From Eledone cirrhosa (lineage: Eukaryota), in NCBI GenBank assembly GCA_964016885.1, contig OZ024743.1, positions 131,130,001 to 131,194,000 on the forward strand: a stretch of 64,000 nucleotides of DNA, in the 5' to 3' direction. The translations under genes were made by a program, and so were the position numbers. Of the stretch, positions 23,001-35,299 are shown piece after piece. The first letter of the stretch is position 1, and every line of letters begins with the position of its first letter. A model generated the notes under the pieces. It saw only the letters and a program-made list of their open reading frames with translations. It made no database searches and was not told where the DNA came from.

Positions 23001-26000
23001 GTGCTTGGTGTTTGGTGCTTGGTGTTTGGTGTTTGGTGCTTGGTGCTTGGTGTTTGGTGCTTGGTGCTTGGTGTTTGGTGCTTGGTGCTTAGTGTTTGGT
23101 GCTAGGTGCTTGGGGTTTGGTGTTTGGTGCTTGGTGTTTGGTGCTTGGTGCTTGGTGTTTGGTGTTTGGTGTTTGGTGCTTGGTGCTTGGTATTTGGTGT
23201 TTACTGTTTGCTGTTTGGTGTTTGTTGTTTGGTGTTTGTTGTTTGGTGTTTGCTGTTTGGTGTTTGCTGCTTGGTGTTTGGTGCTTGGTGCTTGATGCTT
23301 GGTGTTTTGTGTTTGGTGCTTGGTGCTTGGTGTTTGGTGCTTGGTGCTTGATGCTTGGTGTTTGGTGTTTGGTGTTTGCTGCTTGGTGTTTGCTGTTTCG
23401 TGTTTAGTGTTTGCTGTTTGGTGTTTGGTGCTTGGTGCTTGGTGTTTGGTGCTTGGTGCTTGGTACTGGGTGGTTGGTGTTTGGTGCTTGGTGTTTGGTG
23501 CTTGGTGCTTGGTGCTTGGTCCTTGGTGTTTGGTGCTGGGTGCTTTGTGTTTGGTGCTTGGTGCTTCGTGCTTGGTGTTTGGTCTTTGCTGCTTGGTGTT
23601 TGGTGCTTGGTGCTTGGTGCTTGGTGTTTTGAGTTTGGTGCTTGGTGCTTGGTGTTTGGTGCTTGGTGCTTGGTGCTTGGTGTTTGTACTTGGTGCTTGG
23701 TGCTTGGTGTTTGGTTCTTGGTTCTTGGTGTTTGGTACTTGGTGCTTGGTGCTTGGTGTTTGGTGTTTGGTGCTTGGTGTTTGGTGCTTGTTGCTTGGTG
23801 TTCGGTTCTTGGTGTTTGGTGTTTGGTGCTTGGTGCTTGGTGTTTGGTGTTTGGTGTTTGCTGTTTGCTGTTTGGTGTTTGGTGTTTGCTGTTTGCTGTT
23901 TGGTGTCTGCTTTTTGGTGTTTGGTGTTTGCTGTTTGGTCTTTGGTCTTTGGTGTTTGGTTTTTGGTGCTTGGTGCTTGGTGTTTGGTGTTTGGTGCTTG
24001 CTGCTGGCTGCTTGGTGCTTGGTGATTGGTGCTTGGTGTTTGGTGCTTGGTGTTTGGTGTTTGGTGCTAGGTGCTTGGTGCTTGGTGTTTGGTGCTTGGT
24101 GCTTGGTGTTTGGTGTTTGGTGTTTGGTGCTTGGTGCTTGGTGTTTGGTGCTTGGTGCTTGGTGCTGGGTGGTTGGTGTTTGGTGCTTGGTGGTTGGTGC
24201 TGGGTGCTTGGTGTTTGGTGCTTGGTGCTTGGTGTTTGGTGCTTGGTGTTTGGTGTTTGGTGCTTGGTGCTTGGTGTTTGGTGGTTGGTGCTTGGTGTTT
24301 GGTGCTTGGTGCTTAGTGTTTGGTGCTAGGTGCTTGGGGTTTGGTGTTTGGTGCTTGGTGTTTGGTGCTTGGTGCTTGGTGTTTGGTGTTTGGTGTTTGG
24401 TGCTTGGTGCTTGGTATTTGGTGTTTGCTGTTTGCTGTTTGGTGTTTGTTGTTTGGTGTTTGTTGTTTGGTGTTTGCTGTTTGGTGTTTGGTGTTTGGTG
24501 TTTGGTGCTTGGTGCTTGATGCTTGGTGTTTTGTGTTTGGTGCTTGGTGCTTGGTGTTTGGTGCTTGGTGCTTGGTGCTAGGTGTTTGGTGTTTGGTGCT
24601 TGGTTCTTGGTGCTTGGAGTTTGGTGTTTGGTGCATGTTGCTTGGTGTTTGGTGCTTGGTGCTTTGTGCTTGGTGTTTGGTGTTTGCTGCTTGGTGTTTG
24701 GTGCTTGGTGCTTGGTGCTTGGTGTTTTGAGTTTGGTGCTTGGTGCTTGGTGTTTGATGCTTGGTGCTTGGTGCTTGGTGTTTGTACTTGGTGCTTGGTG
24801 CTTGGTGTTTGGTTCTTGGTTCTTGGTGTTTGGTACTTGGTGCTTGGTGCTTGGTGCTTGGTGTTTGGTGCTTGGTGTTTGGTGCTTGTTGCTTGGTGTT
24901 TGGTGCTTGCTGTTTGGTGTTTGGTGCTTGGTGCTTGGTGTTTGGTGTTTGGTGTTTGCTGTTTGGTGTTTGGTGTTTGGTGTTTGCTGTTTGCTGTTTG
25001 GTGTCTGCTTTTTGGTGTTTGGTGTTTGCTGTATGGTGTTTGCTGTTTTGGTGTTTGGTGTTTGCTGTTTGGTGTTTGGTCTGTGGTGCTTGGTGTTTGG
25101 TGCTTGGTGCTTGGTGTTTGGTGTTTGGTGCTTGGTGTTTGGTGTTTGGTGTTTGGTGCTTGGTGCTTGGTGCTTGGTGTTTGGTGTTTGGTGTTTGGTG
25201 CTTGGTGTCTGGTGCTTGGTGCTTGGTGTTTGGTGCTTGGTGTTTGGTGTTTGGTGTTTGGTGCTTGGTGCTTGGTGTTTGGTGTTTGGTGCTTGGTGTT
25301 TGGTGTTTGGTGCTTGTTGCTTGGTGCTTGGTGCTTGGTGTTTGGTGCTTGGTGCTTGGTGTTTGGTGCTGGGTGCTGGGTGCTTGGTGTTTGGTGCTTG
25401 GTGCTTGGTGCTTGGTGTTTGTTGCTTGGTGCTTGGTGCTTGGTCTTTGGTGCTTGGTGTTTGCTGTTTGGTGCTTGGTGCTTGGTGCTTCGTGTTTGGT
25501 GCTTGGTGATTAGTGTTTGGTGCTTGGTGCTTGGTGCTTGGTGTTTGGTGCTTGGTGCTTGGTGTTTGGTGCTTGGTACTTGGTGTTTGGTTCTTGGTGT
25601 TTGGTGTTTGCTCTTTGGTGTTTGGTGTTTGGTGTTTGGTGTTTGCTGTTTGGTGTCTGCTTTTGGTGTTTGGTGTTTGCTGTATGGTGTTTGCTGTTTC
25701 GTGTTTAGTGTTTGCTGTTTGGTGTTTGGTGCTTGGTGCCTGGTGTTTGGTGCTTGGTGCTTGGTGCTGGGTGGTTGGTGTTTGGTGCTTGGTGTTTGGT
25801 GCTGGGTGCTTGGTGTTTGGTGCTTGGTGCTTGGTGTTTGGTGCTTGGTGTTTGGTGTTTGGTGCTTGGTGCTTGGTGTTTGGTGCTTGGTGCCTGGTGT
25901 TTGGTGCTTGGTGCTTAGTGTTTGGTGCTAGATGCTTGGGGTTTGGTGTTTGGTGCTTGGTGTTTGGTGCTTGTTGCTTGGTGTTTGGTGTTTGGTGTTT

Positions 26001-29000
26001 GGTGCTTGGTGCTTGGTATTTGGTGTTTGATGTTTGCTGTTTGGTGTTTGTTGTTTGGTGTTTGTTGTTTGGTGTTTGCTGTTTGGTGTTTGGTGTTTGC
26101 TGTATGTTGTTTGCTGTTTGGTGTTTGGTGTTTGGTATTTGGTGTTTGGTGCTTGGTGCTTGGTGTTTGGTGCTTGGATCTTGGTGTTTGGTGCCTGGTG
26201 CTTGGAGTTTGGTGTTTGGTGCTTGTTGCTTGGTGTTTTGTGTTTGGTGTTTGGTTTTTGGTGCTTGGTGCTTGGTGCTTGGTCCTTGGTGTTTGGTGCT
26301 GGGTGCTTTGTGTTTGGTGCTTGGTGCTTCGTGCTTGGTGTTTGTCTTTGCTGCTTGGTGTTTGGTGCTTGGTGCTTGGTGCTTGGTGTTTTGAGTTTGG
26401 GTCTTGGTGCTTGGTGTTTGGTGCTTGGTGCTTGGTGCTTGGCGTTTGTACTTGGTGCTTGGTGCTTGGTGTTTGGTTCTTGGTTCTTGGTGTTTGGTAC
26501 TTGGTGCTTGGTGCTTGGTGCTTGGTGTTTGGTGCTTGGTGTTTGGTGCTTGTTGCTTGGTGTTTGGTGCTTGGTGTTTGGTGTTTGGTGCTTGGTGCTT
26601 GGTGTTTGGTGTTTGGTGTTTGCTGTTTGCTGTTTGGTGTTTGGTGTTTGCTGTTTGCTGTTTGGTGTCTGCTTTTTGGTGTTTGGTGTTTGTTGTTTGG
26701 TGTTTGGTCTTTGGTGCTTGGTGTTTGGTGCTTGGTGCTTGGTGTTTGGTGTTTGATGTTTGGTGCTTGGTGTTTGGTGTTTGGTGTTTGGTGCTTGGTG
26801 CTTGGTGCTTGGTGTTTGGTGTTTGGTGCTTGGTGTCTGGTGCTTGGTGTTTGGTGTTTGGTGCTTGGTGTTTGGTGTTTGGTGTTTGGTGCTTGGTGCT
26901 TGGTGCTTGGTGTTTGGTGCTTGGTGTTTGGTTTTTGGTCCTTGTTGCTTGGTGCTTGGTGCTTGGTGTTTGGTGCTTGATGCTTGGTGTTTGGTGCTGG
27001 GTGCTGGGTGCTTGGTGTTTGGTGCTTGGTGCTTGGTGCTTGGTGTTTGGTGCTTGGTGCTTGGTGCTTGGTCTTTGGTGCTTGGTGTTTGGTGTTTGGT
27101 GCTTGGTGCTTGGTGCTTGGTGATTGGTGCTTGGTGATTAGTGTTTGGTACTTGGTGCTTGGGGTTTGGTGTTTGGTGCTTGGCGCTTGGTGTTTGGTGC
27201 TTGGTACTTGGTGTTTGCTGCTTGGTGTTTGGTGTTTGCTGTTTGGTGTTTGGTGTTTGGTGTTTGGTGTTTGGTGTTTGCTGTTTGGTGTCTGCTTTTT
27301 GGTGTTTGGTGTTTGCTGTATGGTGTTTGCTGTTTCGCGTTTGGTGTTTGCTGTTTGGTGTTTGCTGTTTGCTGTTTGGTGTTTGGTCTTTGGTGCTTGG
27401 TGTTTGGTGCTTGGTGCTTGGTGTTTGGTGTTTGGTGCTTGGTGTTTGGTGTTTGGTGTTTGGTGCTTGGTGTTTGGTGTTTGGTGCCTGGTGTTTGGTG
27501 CTGTGTGCTTGGTGTTTAGTGCTTGGCGCTTGGTGCTTGGTGTTTCGTGTTTGGTGCTTGGTGCTTGTTGTTTGGTGTTATATGCTTGGTGTTTGATGCT
27601 TGGTGCTTGGTGCTTGGTGTTTGGTGTTTGGTGCTTGGTGTTTGATGCTTGGTGTTTGATGCTTGGTGCTTGGTGCTTGGTGTTTGGTGCTTGGTGCTTG
27701 GTGTTTGTACTTGGTGCTTGGTGCTTGGTTCTTGGTGTTTGGTGCTTGGTGTTTGGTGCTTGGTGCTTTGTGTTTGGTGCTTGGTGTTTGGTGCTTCGTG
27801 TTTGGTGCTTGGTGCCTGGTGCTTGGTGCTTGGTGCTTGGTGTTTGGTGCTTGGTGTTTGGTGCTTGGTGTTAGGTGTTTGATGCTTGGTGCTTGGTGTT
27901 TGGTGCTTGGTGTTTTGTGCTTGGTGCTTGGTGTTTGGTGTTTGGTGCTTGGTGTTTGGTGCTTGCTACTTGGTGCTTGGTGCTTGGTGTTAGGTGTTTG
28001 GTGCTTGGTGCTTGGTGTTTGGTTTTTGGTGCTTGGTGCTTGGTGTTTGGTGTTTGGTGCTTGCTGCTGGCTGCTTGGTGATTGGTGCTTGGTGTTTAGT
28101 GCTTGGTGTTTGGTGTTTGGTGCTAGGTGCTTGGTGCTTGGTGTTTGGTGCTTGGTGCTTGGTGTTTGGTGCTTGGTGCTTGGTGCTTGGTGTTTGTACT
28201 TGGTGCTTGGTGCTTGGTGTTTGGTTCTTGGTTCTTGGTGTTTGGTACTTGGTGCTTGGTGCTTGGTGCTTGGTGTTTGGTGCTTGGTGTTTGGTGCTTG
28301 GTGCTTGGTGTTTGGTGTTTGGTGCTTGGTGTTTGGTGTTTGGTGTTTGGTGCTTGGTGCTTGGTGCTTGGTGTTTGGTGTTTGGTGTTTGGTGCTTGGT
28401 GTCTGGTGCTTGGTGCTTGGTGTTTGGTGCCTGGTGTTTGGTATTTGGTGTTTGGTGCTTGGTGCTTGGTGTTTGGTGTTTGGTGCTTGGTGTTTGGTGT
28501 TTGGTGCTTGTTGCTTGGTGCTTGGTGCTTGGTGTTTGGTGCTTGGTGCTTGGTGTTTGGTGCTTGGTGCTTGGTGCTTGGTGTTTGTTGCTTGGTGCTT
28601 GGTGCTTGGTCTTTGGTGCTTGGTGTTTGCTGTTTGGTGCTTGGTGCTTGGTGCTTCGTGTTTGGTGCTTGGTGATTAGTGTTTGGTGCTTGGTGCTTGG
28701 GGTTTGGTGTTTGGTGCTTGGTGCTTGGTGTTTGGTGCTTGGTACTTGGTGTTTGGTTCTTGGTGTTTGGTGTTTGCTGTTTGCTGTTTGGTGTCTGCTT
28801 TTTGGTGTTTGGTGTTTGCTGTATGGTGTTTGCTGTTTCGTGTTTAGTGTTTGCTGTTTGGTGTTTGGTGCTTGGTGCCTGGTGTTTGGTGCTTGGTGCT
28901 TGGTGCTGGGTGGTTGGTGTTTGGTGCTTGGTGTTTGGTGCTGGGTGCTTGCTGTTTGGTGCTTGGTGCTTGGTGTTTGGTGGTTGGTGTTTGGTTTTTG

Positions 29001-31899
29001 GTGCTTGGTGCTTGGTGTTTGGCGCTTGGTGCTTGGTGTTTGGTGCTTGGTGCTTAGTGTTTGGTGCTAGATGCTTGGGGTTTGGTGTTTGGTGCTTGGT
29101 GTTTGGTGCTTGTTGCTTGGTGTTTGGTGTTTGGTGTTTGGTGCTTGGTGCTTGGTATTTGGTGTTTGATGTTTGCTGTTTGGTGTTTGTTGTTTGGTGT
29201 TTGTTGTTTGGTGTTTGCTGTTTGGTGTTTGGTGTTTGCTGTATGTTGTTTGCTGTTTGGTGTTTGGTGTTTGCTATTTGGTGTTTGGTGCTTGGTGCTT
29301 GGTGTTTGGTGCTTGGATCTTGGTGTTTGGTGCCTGGTGCTTGGAGTTTGGTGTTTGGTGCTTGTTGCTTGGTGTTTTGTGTTTGGTGTTTGGTTTTTGG
29401 TGCTTGGTGCTTGGTGCTTGGTCCTTGGTGTTTGGTGCTGGGTGCTTTGTGTTTGGTGCTTGGTGCTTCGTGCTTGGTGTTTGGTCTTTGCTGCTTGGTG
29501 TTTGGTGCTTGGTGCTTGGTGCTTGGTGTTTTGAGTTTGGTGCTTGGTGCTTGGTGTTTGGTGCTTGGTGCTTGGTGTTTGTACTTGGTGCTTGGTGCTT
29601 GGTGTTTGCTGTTTGGTGTTTGTTGTTTGGTGTTTGTTGTTTGGTGTTTGCTGTTTGGTGTTTGGTGTTTGGTGTTTGCTGTTTGGTGTCTGCTTTTTGG
29701 TGTTTGGTGTTTGCTGTATGTTGTTTGCTGTTTGGTGTTTGGTGTTTGGTGCTTGGTGTTTGGTGCTTGGTGCTTGGTGTTTGGTGCTTGTTGCTTGGTG
29801 TTTGGTGCCTGGTGCTTGGTGCTTGGTGTTTGGTGCTTGGTGTTTGGTGTTTGGTGCCTGGTGTTTGGTGCTGGGTGCTTGGTGTTTAGTGCTTGTCGCT
29901 TGTTGCTTGGTGTTTCGTGTTTGGTGCTTGGTGCTTGTTGTTTGGTGTTATATGCTTGGTGTTTGATGCTTGGTGCTTGGTGCTTGGTGTTTGGTGTTTG
30001 GTGCTTGGTGTTTGATGCTTGGTGTTTGATGCTTGGTGCTTGGTGCTTGGTGTTTGGTGCTTGGTGCTTGGTGTTTGTACTTGGTGCTTGGTGCTTGGTT
30101 CTTGGTGTTTGGTGCTTGGTGTTTGGTGCTTGGTGCTTTGTGTTTGGTGCTTGGTGTTTGGTGCTTCGTGTTTGGTGCTTGGTGCCTGGTGCTTGGTGCT
30201 TGGTGCTTGGTGTTTGGTGCTTGGTGTTTGGTGCTTGGTGTTAGGTGTTTGATGCTTGGTGCTTGGTGTTTGGTGCTTGGTGTTTTGTGCTTGGTGCTTG
30301 GTGTTTGGTGCTTGCTACTTGGTGCTTGGTGCTTGGTGTTAGGTGTTTGGTGCTTGGTGCTTGGTGTTTGGTTTTTGGTGCTTGGTGCTTGGTGTTTGGT
30401 GTTTGGTGCTTGCTGCTGGCTGCTTGTTGATTGGTGCTTGGTGTTTAGTGCTTGGTGTTTGGTGTTTGGTGCTAGGTGCTTGGTGCTTGGTGTTTGGTGC
30501 TTGGTGCTTGGTGTTTGGTGTTTGGTGTTTGGTGCTTGGTGCTTGGTGTTTGGTGCTTGGTGCTTGGTGCTGGGTGGTTGGTGTTTGGTGCTTGGTGTTT
30601 GGTGCTGGGTGCTTGGTGTTTGGTGCTTGGTGCTTGGTGCTTGGTGCTTGGTGTTTGGTGTTTGGTGCTTGGTGCTTGGTGTTTGGTGCTTGGTACTTGG
30701 TGTTTGGTGCTTGGTGCTTCGTGATTGGTGCTAGGTGCTTGGGGTTTGGTGTTTGGTGCTTGGTGTTTGGTGTTTGGTGTTTGGTGCTTGGTGCTTGGTA
30801 TTTGGTGTTTGCTGTTTGCTGTTTGGTGTTTGTTGTTTGGTGTTTGTTGTTTGGTGTTTGCTGTTTGGTGTTTGGTGTATGGTGTTTGCTGTTTGGTGTC
30901 TGCTTTTTGGTGTTTGGTGTTTGGTGTATGTTGTTTGCTGTTTGGTGTTTGGTGTTTGGTGCTTGGTGTTTGGTGCTTGGTGCTTGGTGTTTGGTGCTTG
31001 TTGCTTGGTGTTTGGTGCCTGGTGCTTGGTGCTTGGTGTTTGGTGTTTGGTGCTTGGTGCTTGGTGTTTTGTGTTTGGTTTTTGGTGCTTGGTGCTTGGT
31101 GCTTGGTCCTTGGTGTTTGGTGCTGGGTGCTTTGTGTTTGGTGCTTGGTGCTTTGTGCTTGGTGTTTGGTGTTTGCTGCTTGGTGATTGGTGCTTGGTGC
31201 TTGATGCTTGGTGTTTTGTGTTTGGTGCTTGGTGCTTGGTGTTTGGTGCTTGGTGCTTGGTGCTAGGTGTTTGTACTTGGTGCTTGGTGTTTGGTTCTTG
31301 GTTCTTGGTGTTTGGTACTTGGTGCTTGGTGCTTGGTGCTTGGTGTTTGGTGCTTGGTGTTTGGTGCTTGGTGCTTGGTGTTTGGTGCTTGGTGTTTGGT
31401 GCTTGGTGCTTGGTGTTTGCTGTTTGCTGTTTGCTGTTTGGTGTTTGGTGTTTGCTGTTTGCTGTTTGGTGTCTGCTTTTTGGTGTTTGGTGTTTGCTGT
31501 ATGGTGTTTGCTGTTTGGTGTTTGGTGTTTGCTGTTTGGTGTTTGGTCTTTGGTGCTTGGTGTTTGGTGCTTGGTGCTTGGTGTTTGGTGTCTGGTGCTT
31601 GGTGCTTGGTGTTTGCTGTTTGGTGCTTGGTGCTTGGTGTTTGGTGTTTGGTGCTTGGTGTCAGGTGCTTGGTGTTTGGTGTTTGCTGTATGTTGTTTGC
31701 TGTTTGGTGTTTGGTGTTTGGTATTTGGTGTTTGGTGCTTGGTGCTTGGTGTTTGATGCTTGGTGCTTGGTGTTTGGTGCCTGGTGCTTGGTGCTTGTTG
31801 TTTGGTGTTTGGTGCTTGGTGCTTGGTGCTTGGAGTTTGGTGTTTGGTGCTTGTTGCTTGGTGTTTTGTGTTTGGTGTTTGGTTTTTGGTGCTTGGTGC

Positions 31900-32470
31900 T
31901 TGGTGCTTGGTCCCTGGTGTTTGGTGCTGCGTGCTTTGTGTTTGGTGCTTGGTGCTTTGTGCTTGGTGTTTGGTGTTTGCTGCTTGGTGTTTGGTGCTTG
32001 GTGCTTGGTGCTTGGTGTTTTGTGTTTGGTGCTTGGTGCTTGGTGTTTGGTGCTTGGTGCTTGGTGCTTGGTGTTTGTACTTGGTGCTTGGTGCTTGGTG
32101 TTTGGTTCTTGGTTGTTGGTGTTTGGTACTTGGTGCTTGGTGCTTGGTGCTTGGTGTTTGTTGCTTGGTGTTTGGTGCTTGGTGCTTGGTGCTTGGTGCT
32201 TGGTCCTTGGTGTTTGGTGCTGCGTGCTTTGTGTTTGGTGCTTGGTGCTTTGTGCTTGGTGTTTGGTGTTTGCTGCTTGGTGTTTGGTGCTTGGTGCTTG
32301 GTGCTTGGTGTTTTGTGTTTGGTGCTTGGTGCTTGGTGTTTGGTGCTTGGTGCTTGGTGCTTGGTGTTTGTACTTGGTGCTTGGTGCTTGGTGTTTGGTT
32401 CTTGGTTCTTGGTGTTTGGTACTTGGTGCTTGGTGCTTGGTGCTTGGTGTTTGGTGCTTGGTGTTTGGTG
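31900..32470 (+). repeat. Tandem duplication, 293-bp unit (42 monomers minus 1 bp); boundaries approximate
   Basis: Rare GCTGCGTGCTTTGTG at 31926/32219, followed by the same downstream variant order (TTGTAC, GGTTCTT, GGTAC). Confidence 0.8.
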
Positions 32471-35299
32471 CTTGATGCTTGGTGTTTGGTGCTTGGTGTT
32501 TGGTGTTTGGTGCTTGGTGCTTGGTGTTTGGTGTTTGGTGTTTGGTGTTTGCGGTTTGCTGTTTGGTGTTTGGTGTTTGGTGTTTGCTGTTTGGTGTCTG
32601 CTTTTTGGTGTTTGGAGTTTGGTGTTTGGTGCTTGTTGCTTGGTGTTTTGTGTTTGGTGTTTGGTTTTTGGTGCTTGGTGTTTGGTTCTTGGTTCTTGGT
32701 GTTTGGTACTTGGTGCTTGGTGCTTGGTGCTTGGTGTTTGGTGCTTGGTGCTTGGTGTTTGGTGTTTGGTGCTTGGTGCTTGGTGTTTGGTGTTTGGTGC
32801 TTGGTGCTTGGTGTCTGGTGCTTGGTGCTTGGTGCTTGGTGTTTGGTGTTTGGTGTTTGGTGCTTGGTGCTTGGTGCTTGGTGTTTGGTGCTTGGTGTTT
32901 GGCGTTTGGTGCTTGTTGCTTGATGCTTGGTGCTTGGTGTTTGGTGCTTGGTGCTTGGTGTTTGGTGCTGGGTGCTGGGTGCTTGGTGTTTGGTGCTTGG
33001 TGCTTGGTGTTTGGTGCTTGGTGCTTGGTGCTTGGTCTTTGGTGCTTGGTGTTTGGTGTTTGGTGCTTGGTGCTTGGTGCTTGGTGTTTGGTGCTTGGTG
33101 ATTAGTGTTTGGTGCTTGGTGCTTGGGGTTTGGTGTTTGGTGCTTGTTGCTTGGTGTTTGGTGCTTGGTACTTGGTGTTTGGTGCTTGGTGTTTGGTGTT
33201 TGCTGTTTGGTGTTTGGTGTTTGGTGTTTGGTGTTTGCTGTTTGGTGTCTGCTTTTTTGTGTTTGGTGTTTGCTGTATGGTGTTTGCTGTTTCGTGTTTG
33301 GTGTTTGCTGTTTGCTGTTTGGTATTTGGTCTTTGCTGTTTGGTGTTTGGTCTTTGGTGCTTGGTGTTTGGTGCTTGGTGTTTGGTGTTTGGTGCTTGGT
33401 GCTTGGTGCTTGGTGTTTGGTGTTTGGTGTTTGGTGCTTGGTGCTTGGTGCTTGGTGTTTGGTGCTTGGTGCTTGGTGTTTGGTGCTGGGTGCTTGGTGT
33501 TTGGTGCTTGGTGCTTGGTGCTTGGTGTTTGGTGCTGGGTGCTTGGTGTTTGGTGTTCGGTGTTATATGCTTGGTGTTTGATGCTTGATGCTTGGTGCTT
33601 GTTGTTTGGTGTTTGGTGCTTGGTGTTTGATGCTTGGTGTTTGATGCTTGGTGCTTGGTGCTTGGTGTTTGGTGCTTGGTGCTTGGTGTTTGTACTTGGT
33701 GCTTGGTGCTTGGTTCTTTGTGTTTAGTGCTTGGTGCTTGGTGCTTGGTGCTTTGTGTTTGGTGCTTGGTGTTTGGTGCTTGGTGTTTGGTGCTTGGTGC
33801 CTGGTGCTTGGTGCTTGGTGCTTGGTGTTTGGTGCTTGGTGCCTGGTGCTTGGTGCTTGGTGCTTGGTGTTTGGTGTTTGCTGTTTGGTGTTTGGTGTTT
33901 GGTGTTTGGTGTTTGCTGTTTGGTGTCTGCTTTTTGGTGTTTGGTGTTTGCTGTATGGTGTCTGCTGTTTCGTGTTTGGTGTTTGCTGTTTGGTGTTTGG
34001 TGCTTGGTGCTTGGTGTTTGGTGCTTGGTGCTTGGTGCTCGGTGGTTGGTGTTTGGTGCTTGGTGTTTGGTGCTGGGTGCTTGGTGTTTGGTGCTTGGTG
34101 CTTGGTGTTTGGTGCTTGGTGTTTGGTGTTTGGTGCTTGGTGCTTGGTGTTTGGTGCTTGGTGCTTGGTGTTTGGTGCTTGGTGCTTAGTGTTTGGTGCT
34201 AGGTGCTTGGGGTTTGGTGTTTGGTGCTTGGTGTTTGGTGCTTGGTGCTTGGTGTTTGGTGTTTGGTGTTCGGTGCTTGGTGCTTGGTATTTGGTGTTTG
34301 ATGTTTGCTGTTTGGTGTTTGTTGTTTGGTGTTTGTTGTTTGGTGTTTGGTGTTTGGTGTTTGGTGTTTGGTGTTTGCTGTTTGGTGTCTGCTTTTTGGT
34401 GTTTGGTGTTTGCTGTATGTTGTTTGCTGTTTGGTGTTTGGTGTTTGGTATTTGGTGTTTGGTGCTTGGTGCTTGGTGTTTGGTGCTTGGATCTTGGTGT
34501 TTGGTGCCTGGTGTTTGGTGTTTATTGCTTGTTGCTTGGTGCTTGGTGCTTGGTGTTTGGTGTTTGGTGCTTGGGGTTTGGTGCTGGGTGCTTGGTGTTT
34601 GGTGCATGGTGCTTGGTGCTTGGTGTTTGGTGTTATATGCTTGGTGTTTGATGCTTGGTGCTTGGTGCTTGGTGTTTGGTGTTTGGTGCTTGGTGTTTGA
34701 TGCTTGGTGTTTGATGCTTGGTGCTTGGTGCTTGGTGTTTGGTGCTTGGTGCTTGGTGTTTGTACTTGGTGCTTGGTGCTTGGTTCTTGGTGTTTGGTGC
34801 TTGGTGCTTGGTGCTTTGTGTTTGGTGCTTGGTGCCTGCTGCTTGGTGCTTGGTGTTTGGTGTTTGGTGTTTGGTGCTTGGTGTTAGGTGTTTGGTGCTT
34901 GGTGCTTGGTGTTTGGTGTTTGGTGCTTGGTGTTTGGTGCTTGGTGCTTGGTGTTTGGTGTTTGGTGCTTGGTGTTTGGTGCTTGGTACTTGGTGCTTGG
35001 TGCTTGGTGTTAGGTGTATGGTGCTTGGTGCTTGGTGTTTGGTTTTTGGTGCTTGGTGCTTGGTGTTTGGTGTTTGGTGCTTGCTGCTGGCTGCTTGGTG
35101 CTTGGTGATTGGTGCTTGGTGTTTGGTGCTTGGTGTTTGGTGTTTGGTGCTAGGTGCTTGGTGCTTGGTGTTTGGTGCTTGGTGCTTGGTGTTTGGTGTT
35201 TGGTGTTTGGTGCTTGGTGCTTGGTGTTTGGTGCTTGGTGCTTGGTGCTGGGTGGTTGGTGTTTGGTGCTTGGTGTTTGGTGCTGGGTGCTTGGTGTTC